A program made the position numbers and the translations under genes. Positions 22,801 through 35,936 of a stretch of DNA of 64,000 nucleotides are shown one piece after another. The notes below the pieces were generated by a model. That model worked only from the letters and a program-made list of their open reading frames with translations, did not search any database and was not told the DNA's origin. Each line of letters starts with the position of its first letter. The stretch's first letter is position 1. Source of the stretch: Cetorhinus maximus (lineage: Eukaryota); contig NC_135884.1 of assembly GCF_964194155.1 (NCBI RefSeq), positions 11,284,001-11,348,000 on the forward strand. The letters are read 5' to 3'.

Positions 22801-24055
22801 CTTTTTTTTATTTATTCATTGCCCATCCCTAATGGCCCTTGAGAAGGTGGTGGTGAGCTGCCTTCTTGAACCGCTGCATTCCCTGTGATGTAGGTACACC
22901 CACAGTGCTGTTAGGGAGGGAGTTCCAGGATTTTGGCCCAGCGACAGTGAAGAAACAGCGATATATTTCCAAGTCAAGATGGTGAGTGGCTTGGATGGGA
23001 ATTTCCAGGTGGTGGGGTTCCCACGCATCTGCTGCCCTTGTCCTTCTAGGTGGTACCAGTCGTGGGTTTGGATGGTATAGTCTAAGGAGCCTTGATGAGT
23101 TTCTGCAATGTATCTTGTAGATGGTACACACTGCTGCCATTGTACGTCGGTGGTGGAGGGAGTGAATGCTTAAGGAAGGGATGCTAATCAATCGGGCTGC
23201 TTTGTCCTGGATGGTGTCCAGCTTCTTGAGTGTTGTTGGAGCTGCACTCATCCAGGCAAGTGGGGAGTATTCCATCACACTCCTGACTTGTGCCTTGGAG
23301 ATGGTGGACAGTCTTTTGGGAGTTAGGAGGTGAGTTACTCGTCGCAGGATTCCTAGTCTCTGACCTGCTCTTGTAGACACAGTATTTATATGGCTAGTCC
23401 AGTTCAGTTACTGGTCAATGGTAACCCCCAGGATGTTGATAGTGGGGATTCAGCGATGGTAATGCCATTGAATGTCAAAGGGCAATGATTAGATTCTCTC
23501 TTGCTGGAGATAGTTATTGCCTGGTACTTGTGTGGCGTGAATGTTAGTTGCAAATTGTCAGTCCAAGCCTGGATATTGTCCAGTCTTGCTGCATTTTAAC
23601 ATGGACTGCTTCAGTATCTAAGGAATTGTGAATGGTGCTGAACACATTGTGCAATCATCAGCGAACATCCCCACTTCTGACCTTATGATGGAAGGAAGGT
23701 CACTGATGAAGCAGCTGAAGATGGTTGGGCCGAGGACACTATCCTGAGGAACTCCTGCAGTGATGTCCTGGAGCTGAGATGATTGACCTCCAACAACCAC
23801 AACTATCTTCCTTTATACTAGGTATGACTCCAACTAGTGGAGTTTTCCCCCTTATTTCCATTGACTCCAGTTTTGCTGGGGCTCCTTGATGCCACACTCA
23901 GTCAAATGCTGCCTTGATGTCAAGGGCAGTCACTCTCACCTCACCTCTGGAGATCAGCTCTTTTGACCATGTTTGGACCAAGGCTGTAATGAGGCCAAAA
24001 GCTGCGTGACCCTGGCGGAACACAAACTGAACGTCAGTGAGCAGCTTGTTGCTAA
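22801..24055 (-). mobile_element. LINE family B, 5'-truncated
   Basis: ORFs 22829-23380 and 23618-23800 (GVPQDSVLGP, FADD) match the 17031 copy. Confidence 0.9.
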
Positions 24056-24069
24056 ACGAGTGGTGCTTG

Positions 24070-24468
24070 ATAACCCATCCCTAATTGCCCTTGAGAAGGT
24101 GGTGGTGAGCTGTCTTCTTGAATCACTGCAGCCCATGTGGTGTAGGTACACCCACAGTGCTGTTAGGGAGGGAGTTCCAGGATTTTGACCCAGCGACAAA
24201 GAAGGAACGGCGATATTTATCCAAGTCAGGATGGTGAGTGGTTTGGAGGGGAACTTCCAGGTGGTGGTGTTCCCATGTGTCTGCTTCGAGATGGTAGTGG
24301 CCGTGGGTTTGGTGTCTAAGGGTGAATTCCTGCAGTGCATCTTGTAGATGGTACACACTGCTGCTACTGCGCGTCGTTGGTGGAGACAGTGAATGTTTGT
24401 GGAGGGGGGTGCCAATCAAGCAGGCTGCTTTGTCCTGGATGGTGTCCAGCTTCTTGAGTGTTGTTGGA
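24070..24468 (-). mobile_element. LINE family B 3' fragment, tandem to the previous copy
   Basis: TTLKKLDTIQDKAA..WNSLP; second 3' end begins near 24070. Confidence 0.82.
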
Positions 24469-25303
24469 TCATAAACTGGAGTCCAATCAAGTGGTTTGGA
24501 TGGCACTGCGTGGATTATCACTGTTGTCTAAGCATTTAAAATTAGAAGTTTTTGGTGCAAATGGAAGCCTGAGCCAGTTTTCATCGACAGAGTGATCTTG
24601 CCCTTCAATTCTTCACATAGGCATCCAATCCCCTTTTGAAAGTTTCTATTTCAACTTTTCTCTCTTGACCACACCTCGAAATCGCTGTTTGTGAGTTATG
24701 CAAAAGGGTAGTTTTTTTCTGGGAGAAGTCTCACCTGCCTGTTAACCATAACATTCTTGTTTTCAGCAACATGCACCATCTCTTCACCAAAGAACGGGCT
24801 GGTCAATGGAGCACAATGGTTCCTTAGACACCCAAGGAGCAGTTAAATGGCTTAAATGCCATTTAAACCCTTGTAGGCTAAGATTAGCCAGGGGTCAGCA
24901 CTGGGACAATGCTGCAAATGCAAGTTACTTGAACAAAGATCAGATAACACTATAGTCCACAAGGGAGGTACCATAGCCATCTCTTTCTGTTACAGAAAGA
25001 GAAAGAGAGAGAGAGAGCGAAAGAGCAAGAGAAAGAAGGAGAAGTGGTTAGATAGCTTGAGGGGCACCATTCTGTATGAAGCACGAGGTAAGGCAAGGAG
25101 TCGGGCCACCATAAACTACCACAGCCAGTACAGGGATTGAATCCACACCACTGGCATTTCTCTACACCACACTCTAGCCATCTAGCCAACTGGACTAACC
25201 AAACTCTTAGCAAAGGTCATATGATTTGAGAATCAAACCTTGGAAAGGTGGGATGCCTTGTACAGAGTACAGATTCGCATCCTCCTTGAAAGCAGCTGGT
25301 TCA

Positions 25304-25710
25304 TAGGGTTGCCAACCCTCCAGGATTGGCCTGGAGTCTCCAGGAATTGAAGATCAATCTCCAGGACACTGCTGTGTGCAACTCTGGAGGAAAATCAATG
25401 GGACATTTAAAAAAAAAGGTGGGGTTTTTTTTTGTCATTTTCGTTGAACATTTCTCTTTACCAGATATAAAAATATTGAAAATGGGAGGGGGTGGGGGCA
25501 GGGTGGGGTGAGGAGGGGGGTGGGGGTGGTGGTGGTGGGGTGGCTATTTTGCTGACAGTCAAGAATCCTCCAATTAGGTAATGAGTCTTTTTGCTTTCCA
25601 ATTGGCATAGGAAGGCAGGACGTCACAAGGATGGATGTGTTGGCCGACTAATGGCTGGAGTCAAGTGATGAAATCTCCAGGAATACATTTAATCACAGTT
25701 GGCAGCCCTG
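25304..25710. mobile_element. hAT-type MITE
   Basis: TIR TAGGGTTGCCAAC / GTTGGCAGCCCTG; 8-bp TSD CTGGTTCA/CTGATTCA. Confidence 0.82.
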
Positions 25711-25734
25711 CTGATTCAGGAGGAATGCCAGAAC

Positions 25735-27950
25735 CACAGAATTTTAACAGCACAGAGGAGGCCATTCGGCCCATCGTGTCTGCACCGACTCTCCAAATGA
25801 GCATTATGAGCTAGTGCCATTGCCCTGCCTTTTCCCCATACCCTTGCACATTGTTTCTATTCAAATGATCATCTAATGCCCTCTTGAATGCTTTGGTTGA
25901 ACCTACCTCCACCACACCTCCAGGCAGTGCATTCCAAACCCACCACTGAAGTTAAACTGACTGGTCTGTAATTGCTGGGCTTATCCTTACAACCTTTTTT
26001 GAACAAGGGTGTAATGTTTGCAATTCCCCAGTCCTCTGGCACCTCCCCTGAGTCTAGGAAAGACTAAAAGATTATGGCCAGTGCCCCTGCAATTTCTACT
26101 CTCACTTCCTTCAATATCCTTGGATGCATCTCATCTGGTCCCAGTGCTTTGTCAACTTTAAGTACTGACAGTCTATTCAATTTTGAACCTTCCAGTGACA
26201 GAGTTTCCTCGTCTGTCACCATGGCCTGGGTAGCATCTACTCCCTTGGTAAAGGCGGATGCAAAGTATTAATTTAATATCTCAGCCATGGCCCCTTCATC
26301 CATGTGTAAATTCCCTTTTAGGTCCCTAATCGGCCCTACTCCTCCTTATACCACCCTTTTACCATTTATATGCCTATAGAAGACTTTGGGATTCCCCTTT
26401 ATGTTGACTGCCAGTCTTTTCTCGTAATCCCTCTTTGTTTCTCTAATATTTTTTTTACCTCTGCTCTGAACCTTCTGTATTCCTCTTGATTCTCAATTGT
26501 ATTTTCTACCTGACACCTGTCATAAGCACACTTTTTCTTCTTTATCTTAATTTCTATTTCATTTTTCATCCAGGGAGCTCTGGATTTGTCCTACCTTTCC
26601 CTTTCAATGGAATATACCTTGACTGTGCCCAAACCAATTCTTTTTTGAAGGTAGCCCATTGTTCAGCTCCAGTTTTTCCTGCCAATCTTTCATTCCAGTC
26701 TATCTGGCCCAGCTCAGTTCTGGATCTGACCCATCGAAGTTGGGTCTTGTCCAGTCAATTATTCTTACTCTGGATTGCCTATCGTCCTTTTCTATCATCA
26801 TCCTAAAATGTACAATACAATGATCACTGTCTCCTAAATGTTTGCCCACTGACACTTAATCTACTTGGCCCACCTCGTTTCCAAGAACCAGGTCCAACAG
26901 TGCGTCTTTTCTTGTTGGATTGGACACATACTGCTGTAGAAAATTCTTCTGAACATAATCTAGGAACTTTTGCCCCTCTCCACCCTTTACACTACCACTG
27001 TCCCAGTCTACATTTGGGTAATTAAAGTCCCTCATTATAACTACTCTATTAAGCCTGCATCTCTCTGTAATTTCCCTGCAGATTTGTTCTTCTACGTCCT
27101 TCTCACTATTTGGTGGTCTATAGGCTACATCAAGCAATGTAATTGCACCCTTTTTGTTCCTTAGCTCTAGCCAAATTGATTCTGTCCTTGAACCCTCTGG
27201 GCCATCCTCTTTCTCCAGCACTGCAGCACTCTCCTTAACGAATACTGCCATCCCTCCTCCTTTCCGTTCTTCCCTACCTTTTTTGAACACCTTGTACCCG
27301 GGAATATTTAACACCCAGTTCAGCCCTTCCTTGAGCCAGGTCTCCGTTATCGCCCCAACATCATATGTCCACATGGCAACCAGCACCTGTAACTCCCCAA
27401 TCTTATTTACTGTATTCCGTGCATTCACATACATGCACAGTAACCCTGATTTAGGTTTTGTTACTTTCTCCCTTACCCGACTTTACCTTGTCCCTCCCAG
27501 TATTTTGTGCACTCTGGTATTCATCTAATATTTTCTCTTGATTCCCACGCCCCTGCTGAGTTAGTTTAAAACCTCCCCAACAGCACGAGCAAAACGCCCC
27601 ACAAGGAACTCAGTCCCAGCTCTGCTCAGGTACAACCCGTCCGGCTTGTACAGGTGCCATCTCCCCCAGAGCCAGTCCCAGTGTCCCAGGAATCTAAAGC
27701 CCTCCCTCCTGCACCATCTTTCCAGCCACGCATTCATCTGCCTTATCCTCCCATTTCTGTACTCACCTGCACGTGGCACTGGGAGTAATCTGGAGATTAC
27801 TACATTTGAGGACCTGCTTGCTAATTTTCTACCTAGCTCCCGAAATTCTAATTGCAGGACTGCATCCCCCTTCCTACCTAAGTCATTGGTACCAATGTGA
27901 ACCACAACCCCTGGCTGTTCACCCTCCCCCAGAAGAATGTCCTGCAGCTG
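25735..27950 (-). mobile_element. CR1 LINE remnant (ORF1 esterase, ORF2 APE endonuclease, internally deleted RT, 3' end)
   Basis: ORF 27561-27905 VHIGTNDL..DGLYLSRAG (SGNH esterase); ORF 26856-27434 YVNAR..ITETWL..YRPP..DFNYP..LDLVL (APE); NYRPVSLTSV near 25950. Confidence 0.88.
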
Positions 27951-29006
27951 CTCTGTTTGGTTACAAGATCAATGCTGTTTGCAAGACCCAGCGGATGAGG
28001 ATACAGCAATAATAACAACAACAACTGACATTGATATAGCACCTTTAACATAGTGAAACATCCCAATCATCCGAAGCACCTCAATTAGATTACCCCTTTA
28101 ATCCATATTTTAAGAGAGTACCTGCCTGATCTATGCAACTTGTCTTCATAATTTAACTTTTTGGCCCCAGTATCATTCTGGCGAATTTGCGCTGCATCCT
28201 CTGGTTGATTTCATTCCTATGCACATAGCCTGAGACTTGTCAGTAGCCAATTCTAGCTTACTTACTATGCCCAGGTTCAAGGTCAGCTTATCAGCACAGA
28301 CCTCGGCTCAAAGCTGGTACCTCAGGTACAGCTGGTCACAGGCAGCGCTTCTGCTCCCCGAGCCGCCAAGAGAGACAGATTATGTTGGTTTTATGTTTTA
28401 CAAGAAATCACAGGAAAAAAGTGGGCTGACATCTCTGAGGAGCCTTTGCTAATAGCGTTGTGGAAACTGTGGCCTGCTAACATATAGAGATATTAAAAAG
28501 GAACCCAGCTCGTTCCCTTTGTTCAGCTCTGCACCATGAACCTTCAGCTTGGCAGACGAGGTGTGCAACTGCACAAAGGCTGGAAACGCAGAGGTATAAA
28601 TAAAGCTTTGCCCTTTCTTAGCCAATCCCACAACAGGATGTCCTTGGTGTGAAGCGGCTCTTTGCAGCTTTATTCTAGAAACATTCAAAACACTGCAAAC
28701 TCAATAGCACAGGCTTTCGATTGTCCGCTAGGGCAAAGCATCACTATTTAGGTTTACCCTAAAAAGATGAAGCCCAGTCCGGTGCATTGCCCAATCGACA
28801 ATCACTTATTGTTTCCCCGGTAAACCCGTCACAATTTCATCATAACCGGTCAGCGTGAAGGTCACTGTGAACCAACAGCCCGTATAATACATTTGTTAAA
28901 ACACGGGCAGGTTGCACCTGATCACACTGTCTACGCACTTCCCACAATTTTTTTTAGTGCAGTGATGATTATATAAACAGTCAGGACAAACTTACAGCCA
29001 GCACAG

Positions 29007-30270
29007 GGTGTGGTAGCGGAATTATTATGTTTTACCTAACTAGCAAACCAGGGACCTACGTTAATGATCTAGAGACATGGGTTCAACTCACATCATGGTG
29101 GCTGGGGAACTTAAATTCCGTCAATTAAATTAATCTGGAATTTAAAAATTAGTATTAGTTATGGTGACCATCAAACTACTGGATTGAAAACCCATCTGAT
29201 TCAATGATAGTCCTTTGGGGGAAAGAAGCTGCCGGCCTTACCCAGTCTGGCCCACATCTGATTCCAGGCACACAGCAATGTGGTTGACTCTCAAGCCTGG
29301 ATTTTACAAGAGGACATCCTGCTCGCTAATTCTCCCTCCCCACCCCCACCTCCACACCCACAGGAAGAAAAGTCGGTACCAAACCGACTGGCTTTTAAAA
29401 AAGGTCACCCCGCAGTGCTGAGGGCAGGCCTTAACGAACCGAGAACGAGACTTCCACACCTCCGTGGGAGGGAGTCCCACCCTTGACCAATCTGATTGGC
29501 CAGCAGCTTTGCAGTCCCAGTAGCGCCACGGCTCAGCGGTGGGCTCTGCCAGGACTGCGAGCAGCCCCCAGGTGAAAGGCCACGGTGTCCAGGCCCAGGT
29601 AAGTCCTGGGCTTTTAGGGTGGGGAGGGGTTGGCAACCCTTCGGAGGTGTGGGGTTTGGGGGTGGGGTGGGGTTGGAAAGAGGTGTTGGGGACTGGGTTA
29701 TGGAGGCCAAGCGGCAAGGCACAAGGAGGGGGTATGATCTTGGGGGGGGTGGGGGGAGGTGTCCCCAATGCGCTCAGGGCACCCTCCAAAAGGATGTACC
29801 CACCCCGCACCCCGCCCTTCCTTCCCACCCTTATACCAATTTGGGTAAAAAAACAGCCTTCTCACTTCACCCGCCTGCCACTGCTCAGCATATTAGGGCA
29901 GTGGAGGCAGATGGAGGGCCTTATAAGGGCAATAATTGACCACTTAGGGGGCTCAATAGGCCTAAGGGCAGGGGGCTAGTGGGCGCCTTACCCATCCGCC
30001 CCTCCCCCCCTCGCCGTGTTATGGAGACTAGCTCAGTGTGGGCAGAAGGGCGGTGGGCTAGCCACCATAAGCCCCTCTGCATAAAATATGCCCGATGGCG
30101 GGTGGGGGCATAAAATCCAGCCCTTAACTGTTCTCTGAAATGGTATACCAAGCCTCTCAGTTATATCCAAGGCAGTCGCTCACCACCATCTTCTCAAGGG
30201 CTAATTAGGGATGGCTAATAAATGCTGGCCTTGCCAGCGACACCCACATCCCAGAACAAATGAAAAATAA
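29007..30270 (+). mobile_element. Same SINE family, split by a Harbinger-type element
   Basis: Head at 29007, tail at 30190-30270. Confidence 0.72.
29294..30123. mobile_element. Harbinger-type non-autonomous element inserted in a SINE
   Basis: AGCCTGGATTTT...AAAATCCAGCCC with TCA/TTA flanks; splits the SINE sequence gttgactc-tta-actg seen intact at 9572-9586. Confidence 0.78.
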
Positions 30271-31119
30271 GATGAGGAACCAGTCGGCTTATTATATGAG
30301 GGAGGAAGGCCAATCTGGAGTCTGCTCTTTGAACTGTGTCATGGATTTTTTTTTAAAAATATCTAGCCAAATTAAAACAGCTCCAACAATGCAGATTATT
30401 GTAGCTGAGCTACTAGCCTAGACTAAGGAAACAAATCTAGTCTCCAACCTCAAGGGCAAGACTGGTATCAACATGTCAAGCTGACCGTGCTTGGTATTGA
30501 TGTCCGATGTGAGAGATGCTATCTACATACAATAAAACCATCCGTACATTTCATAATGCATAATTAAATTTTGTATGTAGCACACACCAGGGCCTGAATT
30601 TTCAGACAGAGAGGCTCTCCGCCTTAGCGAAAACGGCACCAGGAGCAGAATCTGGAAGTCCCGTCCCCAGCCCCCACCAGGTGGGGGGGAGAAGGGGGTG
30701 CGGCGGAGGTGGGGGTGGGGTGTAACAGATCTTATTCCTGCAAGGAGGGAGTGGGAAGTACGATGTGTGTTCTTTAGACCTGGTGGGAAAAGGTCTAAAC
30801 TTTACTGAAGTAGAGTGCCCCTTCTGGAGAAGGAAGGTACCCTTTTTGGATATGATCCATGAATCATAACAGCATCGTGCCACTTTCAGCTTTGCGTTTC
30901 CTCTCACGCTACATCATCTTTAAAGAGGTCATGTTTACTACTATTCTCATTATTTTCACGATCATGCGTGCATCTATTTTTGAAATCCTCTGCCTTCATT
31001 AACTCCAGTCACCATATTCCAATTTATACAAGTTTTTGGGATTGCAGCTTTGACCAATGCGAGCTTTAACCACTAAACTCCGCCAGTACAAATCACTTAC
31101 GACCAAAAAGGGACTACTG

Positions 31120-31510
31120 CGAGATGTGATTCCACGACTGGACAGCACTTGCTGAACAATCCTGAGTGCACTAACAACAACTTAAGATAATATGTTGAGC
31201 TCGTAACATGGCTCATTTATGCTTGCTAGAAGTGACATATATTCATATACAGGGGCTCATTCTCTGCAAACCAAAAGGAATATGTTCAAGCCTTGTGAGT
31301 TTTTTTGAATTACCCAGGAGGTTGGGGAACCTACAATTCCCCGTTGCTTTCTCCATGGCAACGTGCAGCCAGAGTCGGCTTGCCAACCAATCAGCACCCT
31401 TTCCTCCTGTGGTATAAATTGTTGTGATCGTTTGAAATTTGGCATTCTTGTGTTTGTCCTGATGAGTGCAAGATGAAAAGCCTCAGTAACATGTCTCTCT
31501 TTTCAGCAAT
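31120..31510 (+). mobile_element. Penelope-like element 3' fragment (GIY-YIG endonuclease C-terminus + pLTR)
   Basis: CDSTTGQHLLNNPEC...AHLCLLEVTYIHIQGLILCK resembles the PLE endonuclease C-terminus; hammerhead motif of the 10353 family at 31454-31489. Confidence 0.68.
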
Positions 31511-31773
31511 AAATAGAGGCCTGTATGCATATGGTACACACATGAAGGATAATTCTAACCTAACTGGCTGAGCAGGAAACCCATGGGATATGAGGTGCCT
31601 AGGGGCATCTCGTGTTAGATTCTGTAACTGTACACCAGTGAGAGATCAGTACCTTAAGGGTAATGGTAATAGCGTACATTTTATAAAGATCTAGGTCACT
31701 TTCATTTGTAAAGCCAGAAACAATTTGGTTGAAGGCTCCTTACGCCCAGTTTCCTGAGGAAAATACTGAACCA

Positions 31774-32417
31774 CAGTGTTGCCAACCCTTCAGGATTGCC
31801 CTGGAGTCTCACGGAATTGAATATTCATTTCCAAGACACTGAGGTGAGTAAACCCTGCGGGAAAGTTGTGGGGCAGGTTGGGTGGGCAAAAAGCAATCTG
31901 TTTTAAAGGTTTTCTTTGAACATTTTCATTTATCGGTTGTAAAAAAACAGGGGATGTGTTTGGCTCAGCTAGATGGCAAGCGTTCAGAATAGCTCTAACA
32001 GCCCAGATTCAATTCCTGTTCCACCTGAGGTAGATGTTGGGACTTGCCTCTGCAACCCTGCCCCTGAGGGTGGAAGACAATGGCAAACCACCACTGACAA
32101 AAACTGCCAAGGAAAACAGCTCAGGGGGCAGCATCAGCAGGCAATGAGCCAAGGACCTACCATCAGGCAGAGCCCACATGAATGAAGTTGTAAAATTATC
32201 CACACTAGGAATGGGGGTGGGGGAAGTAAGCTGTTTGACTGACAGTCAAGATTAATCCAGCTGGGTAATAGAATGCGTTCCTCTTCCAATTGGCCGTGGG
32301 AAGGCAAAGCACCCAGAAACTGGACCAATGGCAGGAAGTTGGGGGTGGGACAGTATGAGGTGAGAGGTCAGCTGATGAAACCTCCAGGAACACACTCAAC
32401 CAGAGTTGGCAACCTGC
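31774..32417. mobile_element. hAT-type MITE with internal SINE-like insertion (~31960-32190)
   Basis: CAGTGTTGCCAAC / GTTGGCAACCTGC; 8-bp TSD CTGAACCA/CTGTACCA. Confidence 0.75.
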
Positions 32418-34060
32418 CTGTACCATCACGTTATTGCCAGAAGCCAGTTAGCTACATGCAGTTCCGAATAAAACCAACTGTGCGAGTTCGTTTCCTGTTC
32501 TGGCTGAACTAGACTTGAGGCTGCCTCCTTACCTTTGTTCCCAGGAGTGGGAGGCAATGGCAAACCACAACTGACAATATCTGCCAAGTAAAGCAATTCA
32601 GGATGAAGCATCAGCAGACACGGTACCTACACCACATGGGCTGCAGCGGTTCAAGGCAGCAGCTCACCACCACCTTCTCAAGGGCAACTGGGGATGGGCA
32701 ATAAATGCTGGCCCAGCCAGTGAAGCCCACATCCTGTGAATGAATTTAAAAAAAAGACAGAGAGCCCAGGGCCTGTCTTTAGTTGAGCACTCATCGCTCA
32801 CTCATTGCGTTATTGTACTTTAAAACCACAGAAAGTAGACGTGGTCAGTTTGTAACTGCTGGCACTCAATGCACCATTTATTGTCTGCAATTTAATTATT
32901 AGTTCACAAGAAAACTGTATTCAAACTCCTAGTCACAGAGCAGGCCTTCCAACTTTACTACATCAATGTTGTAGAAACTCCTAAATAAACTCTGCACTGT
33001 AAACAAAAGCTGACATCCCAACTCAATTGGCCCACATCAGAGATTCCAACTGGATTGTTACACACCTGTTACTCTACTCGTCTGTGAAAAGGCCATGTAT
33101 TATTCAGACCGACAAACAGTCCCAGGTCTGATGGGAATCCTACAACAACAAAAACAACTTGCATTTATATAGCACATTTAACATAATAAAACTTCCCAAA
33201 GTGTTTCACATGAGTGTTGCATTTTTTTTTTTGCCTCAGAGCTATGCAGAGATGACACTAGTTTATAAGCGTGTTACAGGTTTTGGGATCTTGTGGCACA
33301 GTGGGTAGTGTCCCTGCCTCTGAGCCAGAAGTTCCGAGTTCAAGTTCAAGACCAGGACTCGATGGTCAAGGAAAGTGCATTTATAATGTGGCCAAACAAG
33401 TGAAGTATCAACTTGTGAATCCTTCCAATATATGCCAGTTAGAGCAGGAGGGATTCCTGATCGGCCATGTGAGGAAAGAAATGGAAGCCTCCACCATCAC
33501 TGTCCATAACTCCAGCCTACAACATGCATGTAAAAACGTACTTTGTCACAGCAACTCGGACTCCTTTGTGTTGGCTCGATGGCTGGTGTGGATCAGATTG
33601 GTGTCAACAGCATGGTGTTGGGTCCCCATTCCAGCTGGGGTGGATTCAGGACCTGCCTCCTTTCCCTACCCAGGGTGGATATTGTGGTGTTATGTGTTGG
33701 ACCTGCCTTCAGGGAAAGAACTCAAGGCAAAGAAGAATCGGTTTTATTCATAGTGCTTTAAAATGCCCGTTCCGTACTCACAGATCTAGTTTCTAGCAAC
33801 TTCTATAGTTTGCTTACTTTTCTCTGAGCCTGCACCCAGGCTTAACCAATCAAGACTGGTGAGCGTCAATAGTAAACAGACTCACATAATCAAACACAGA
33901 ACAACTGAACACCACGATTACAAAACAAAATTTTGTTAACAAGCCGAATAAAGAAATATGAAGGCAGATGGTCAAAAACTTGGCAAAGTGGTAAGTTTTA
34001 ATGAGAATCTTAAAGGAGGAAAGAGAGGCAGAGTGGTTTAGGGGGGGAAATTTCACAGCT

Positions 34061-34850
34061 GACGGCTATATATTTTCAAGTCAGGATGGTGTGTGGCTTG
34101 GAGGGGAATTTCCAGGTGGTGGTGTTCCCACCTATCAGATGCCTTTGTCCTTCTAGAAGGTAGCAGTCATGGGTGTGAGAGGTGCTGTCTAAGGAGCCTT
34201 GTTGAGTTCCGGCAGTGCATCTTGTAGATGGTACACACTGCTGCCACTGTGCATCGGTGGTGGAGGGAGTGAATGTTTGTAGATGAGGTGCCAATCAAAT
34301 GGGTTGCTTTGTCCTGGATGGTGTTAAGCTTCTTGTGTGTTGTTGGAGCTGCACTCATCCAGGCAAGTGAAGAGTATTCCATCACACTCCTGACTTGTGC
34401 CTTGTAGATGGTGGACATGTTTTGGAAAGCCAGGAGGTGAGTTACTCACTACAGGATTCCTAGCCTCTGACCTGCTCTGGTAGCCATAGTAGTTATATAG
34501 CTAGTCCAGTTCAGTTCATGGTCAATGGCAATGCCCAGGATGTTGATAGTGGGGCATTCAGTGATGGTAATGACAGTGAATGTCAAAGGGCGATAGTTTG
34601 ATTCTCTCTTGTTGAGGATGGTCATTGCCTGGCACTTGTGTGGCGCAAATGTAACTTGCCACTTGTCAGCCCAAGCCTGGACATTGTCCAGGTCCTGCTG
34701 CATTTGGACATGGACTGCTTCAGTATCTGAGGAATCGTGAATGGTGCTGAACATTGTGCAATCATCAGCGAACGTCCCCACTTCTGACCTTATGATGGAA
34801 GGAAGGTCATTGATGAAGCTACTGAAGGTGGTTGGGCCGAGGACACTACT
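34061..34850 (-). mobile_element. LINE family B fragment
   Basis: ORFs 34167-34418 and 34449-34781 (FADDCTMF). Confidence 0.88.
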
Positions 34851-35482
34851 GATAGGGGCACCAAGGCAGTGGTTTACAGAAGTTAATTTATTGCTCTCTG
34901 ATATAGTGCTGGCCGCCCTTACCGGAACTCACAGGGGTTTTCCTGAATTAGTAATTCCCAGTGAGCCCTAGGCCCAAATTAGACCTGGTGCTGGGAGCTG
35001 CACACAATGGAGAATAGGAAACGCCTGATGACCTCTTGAAATGTCAAAGGAGAGACACAGCCAGTAAATGGGCGCACACAAGGGGAAAAGAAATTGCTTC
35101 AGCTTTTCCAAAAGCTGCAAGTATTTGAAATGTATTGTGCAACGGTTGGAAGATACTGTGCAGATGTGCTCGGGCAAGTGTTGGCAGTCGAACCATGCCA
35201 GCTGCTAATCTTGCTGGGTAAACCTCCGTTCATCCTGTGCCTCTTCAAATGTGACTGTACTGGAGCACTTTCAAATCCTAAACGGTCTTTGGTTTTAACT
35301 TGGCATTCTGCCAGTTTATGGGACGCATCATGTCAGGAAGACATAATAATTCACATAATGTTATTGGAATTTATTGTAAAATAGTGGTAAATGTGTCTGT
35401 TGAGAGAGACACTTCATTGGATTAAAGGCAGCTGGTCTGAAGCCTTTGATTTGCATTTGTAAATAAACTAGACTAGTTTGAA

Positions 35483-35883
35483 TTTTTTATTATTCATTCA
35501 TCAGATGTAGGCATCACTGGCCAGGCCAGCACTTATTACCCATCCCTAGTTCAGAGGGCATTTAAGAGTCAACCGTATTGCTGTGGGTCTGGGGTCACAT
35601 GTAAGCCAGACCAGGTAAGGACTCAACCATATAGCTGTGGGTCTGGGGTCACATGTAGGCCAGACCAGGACAGCAGATTTCCTTCCCTAAAGGGCATTAG
35701 TGAACCAGATGGGTTTTTACAACAATCAACAATTGTTCCATGATCATCATTAGACTTTTAATTCCAGATTTTTATTGAATTCAAATTCCACCATAGCAGG
35801 ATTTGAACCCAGACCCCCAGAAAATTACCCTGGGTCTCTGGATTATTAGTCTAGCAACAATACCACTACGCCATCACCTCCCC
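35483..35883 (-). mobile_element. Same SINE family with ~54-bp internal tandem duplication
   Basis: Reverse-colinear; gctgtgggtctggggtcacatgta.gccagaccagg occurs twice (35580-35670). Confidence 0.75.
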
Positions 35884-35936
35884 TTCAAAATAGGGAGTGA
35901 AATATTACACCTAACCAGCAGAAGTTATGAAACAGT

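Noticed and set aside
29919-29928. Perfect CArG box CCTTATAAGG (SRF site near an SRF-cofactor gene)
   Set aside because: A few are expected by chance in 64 kb; it lies inside a MITE whose sibling at ~4390 lacks it.
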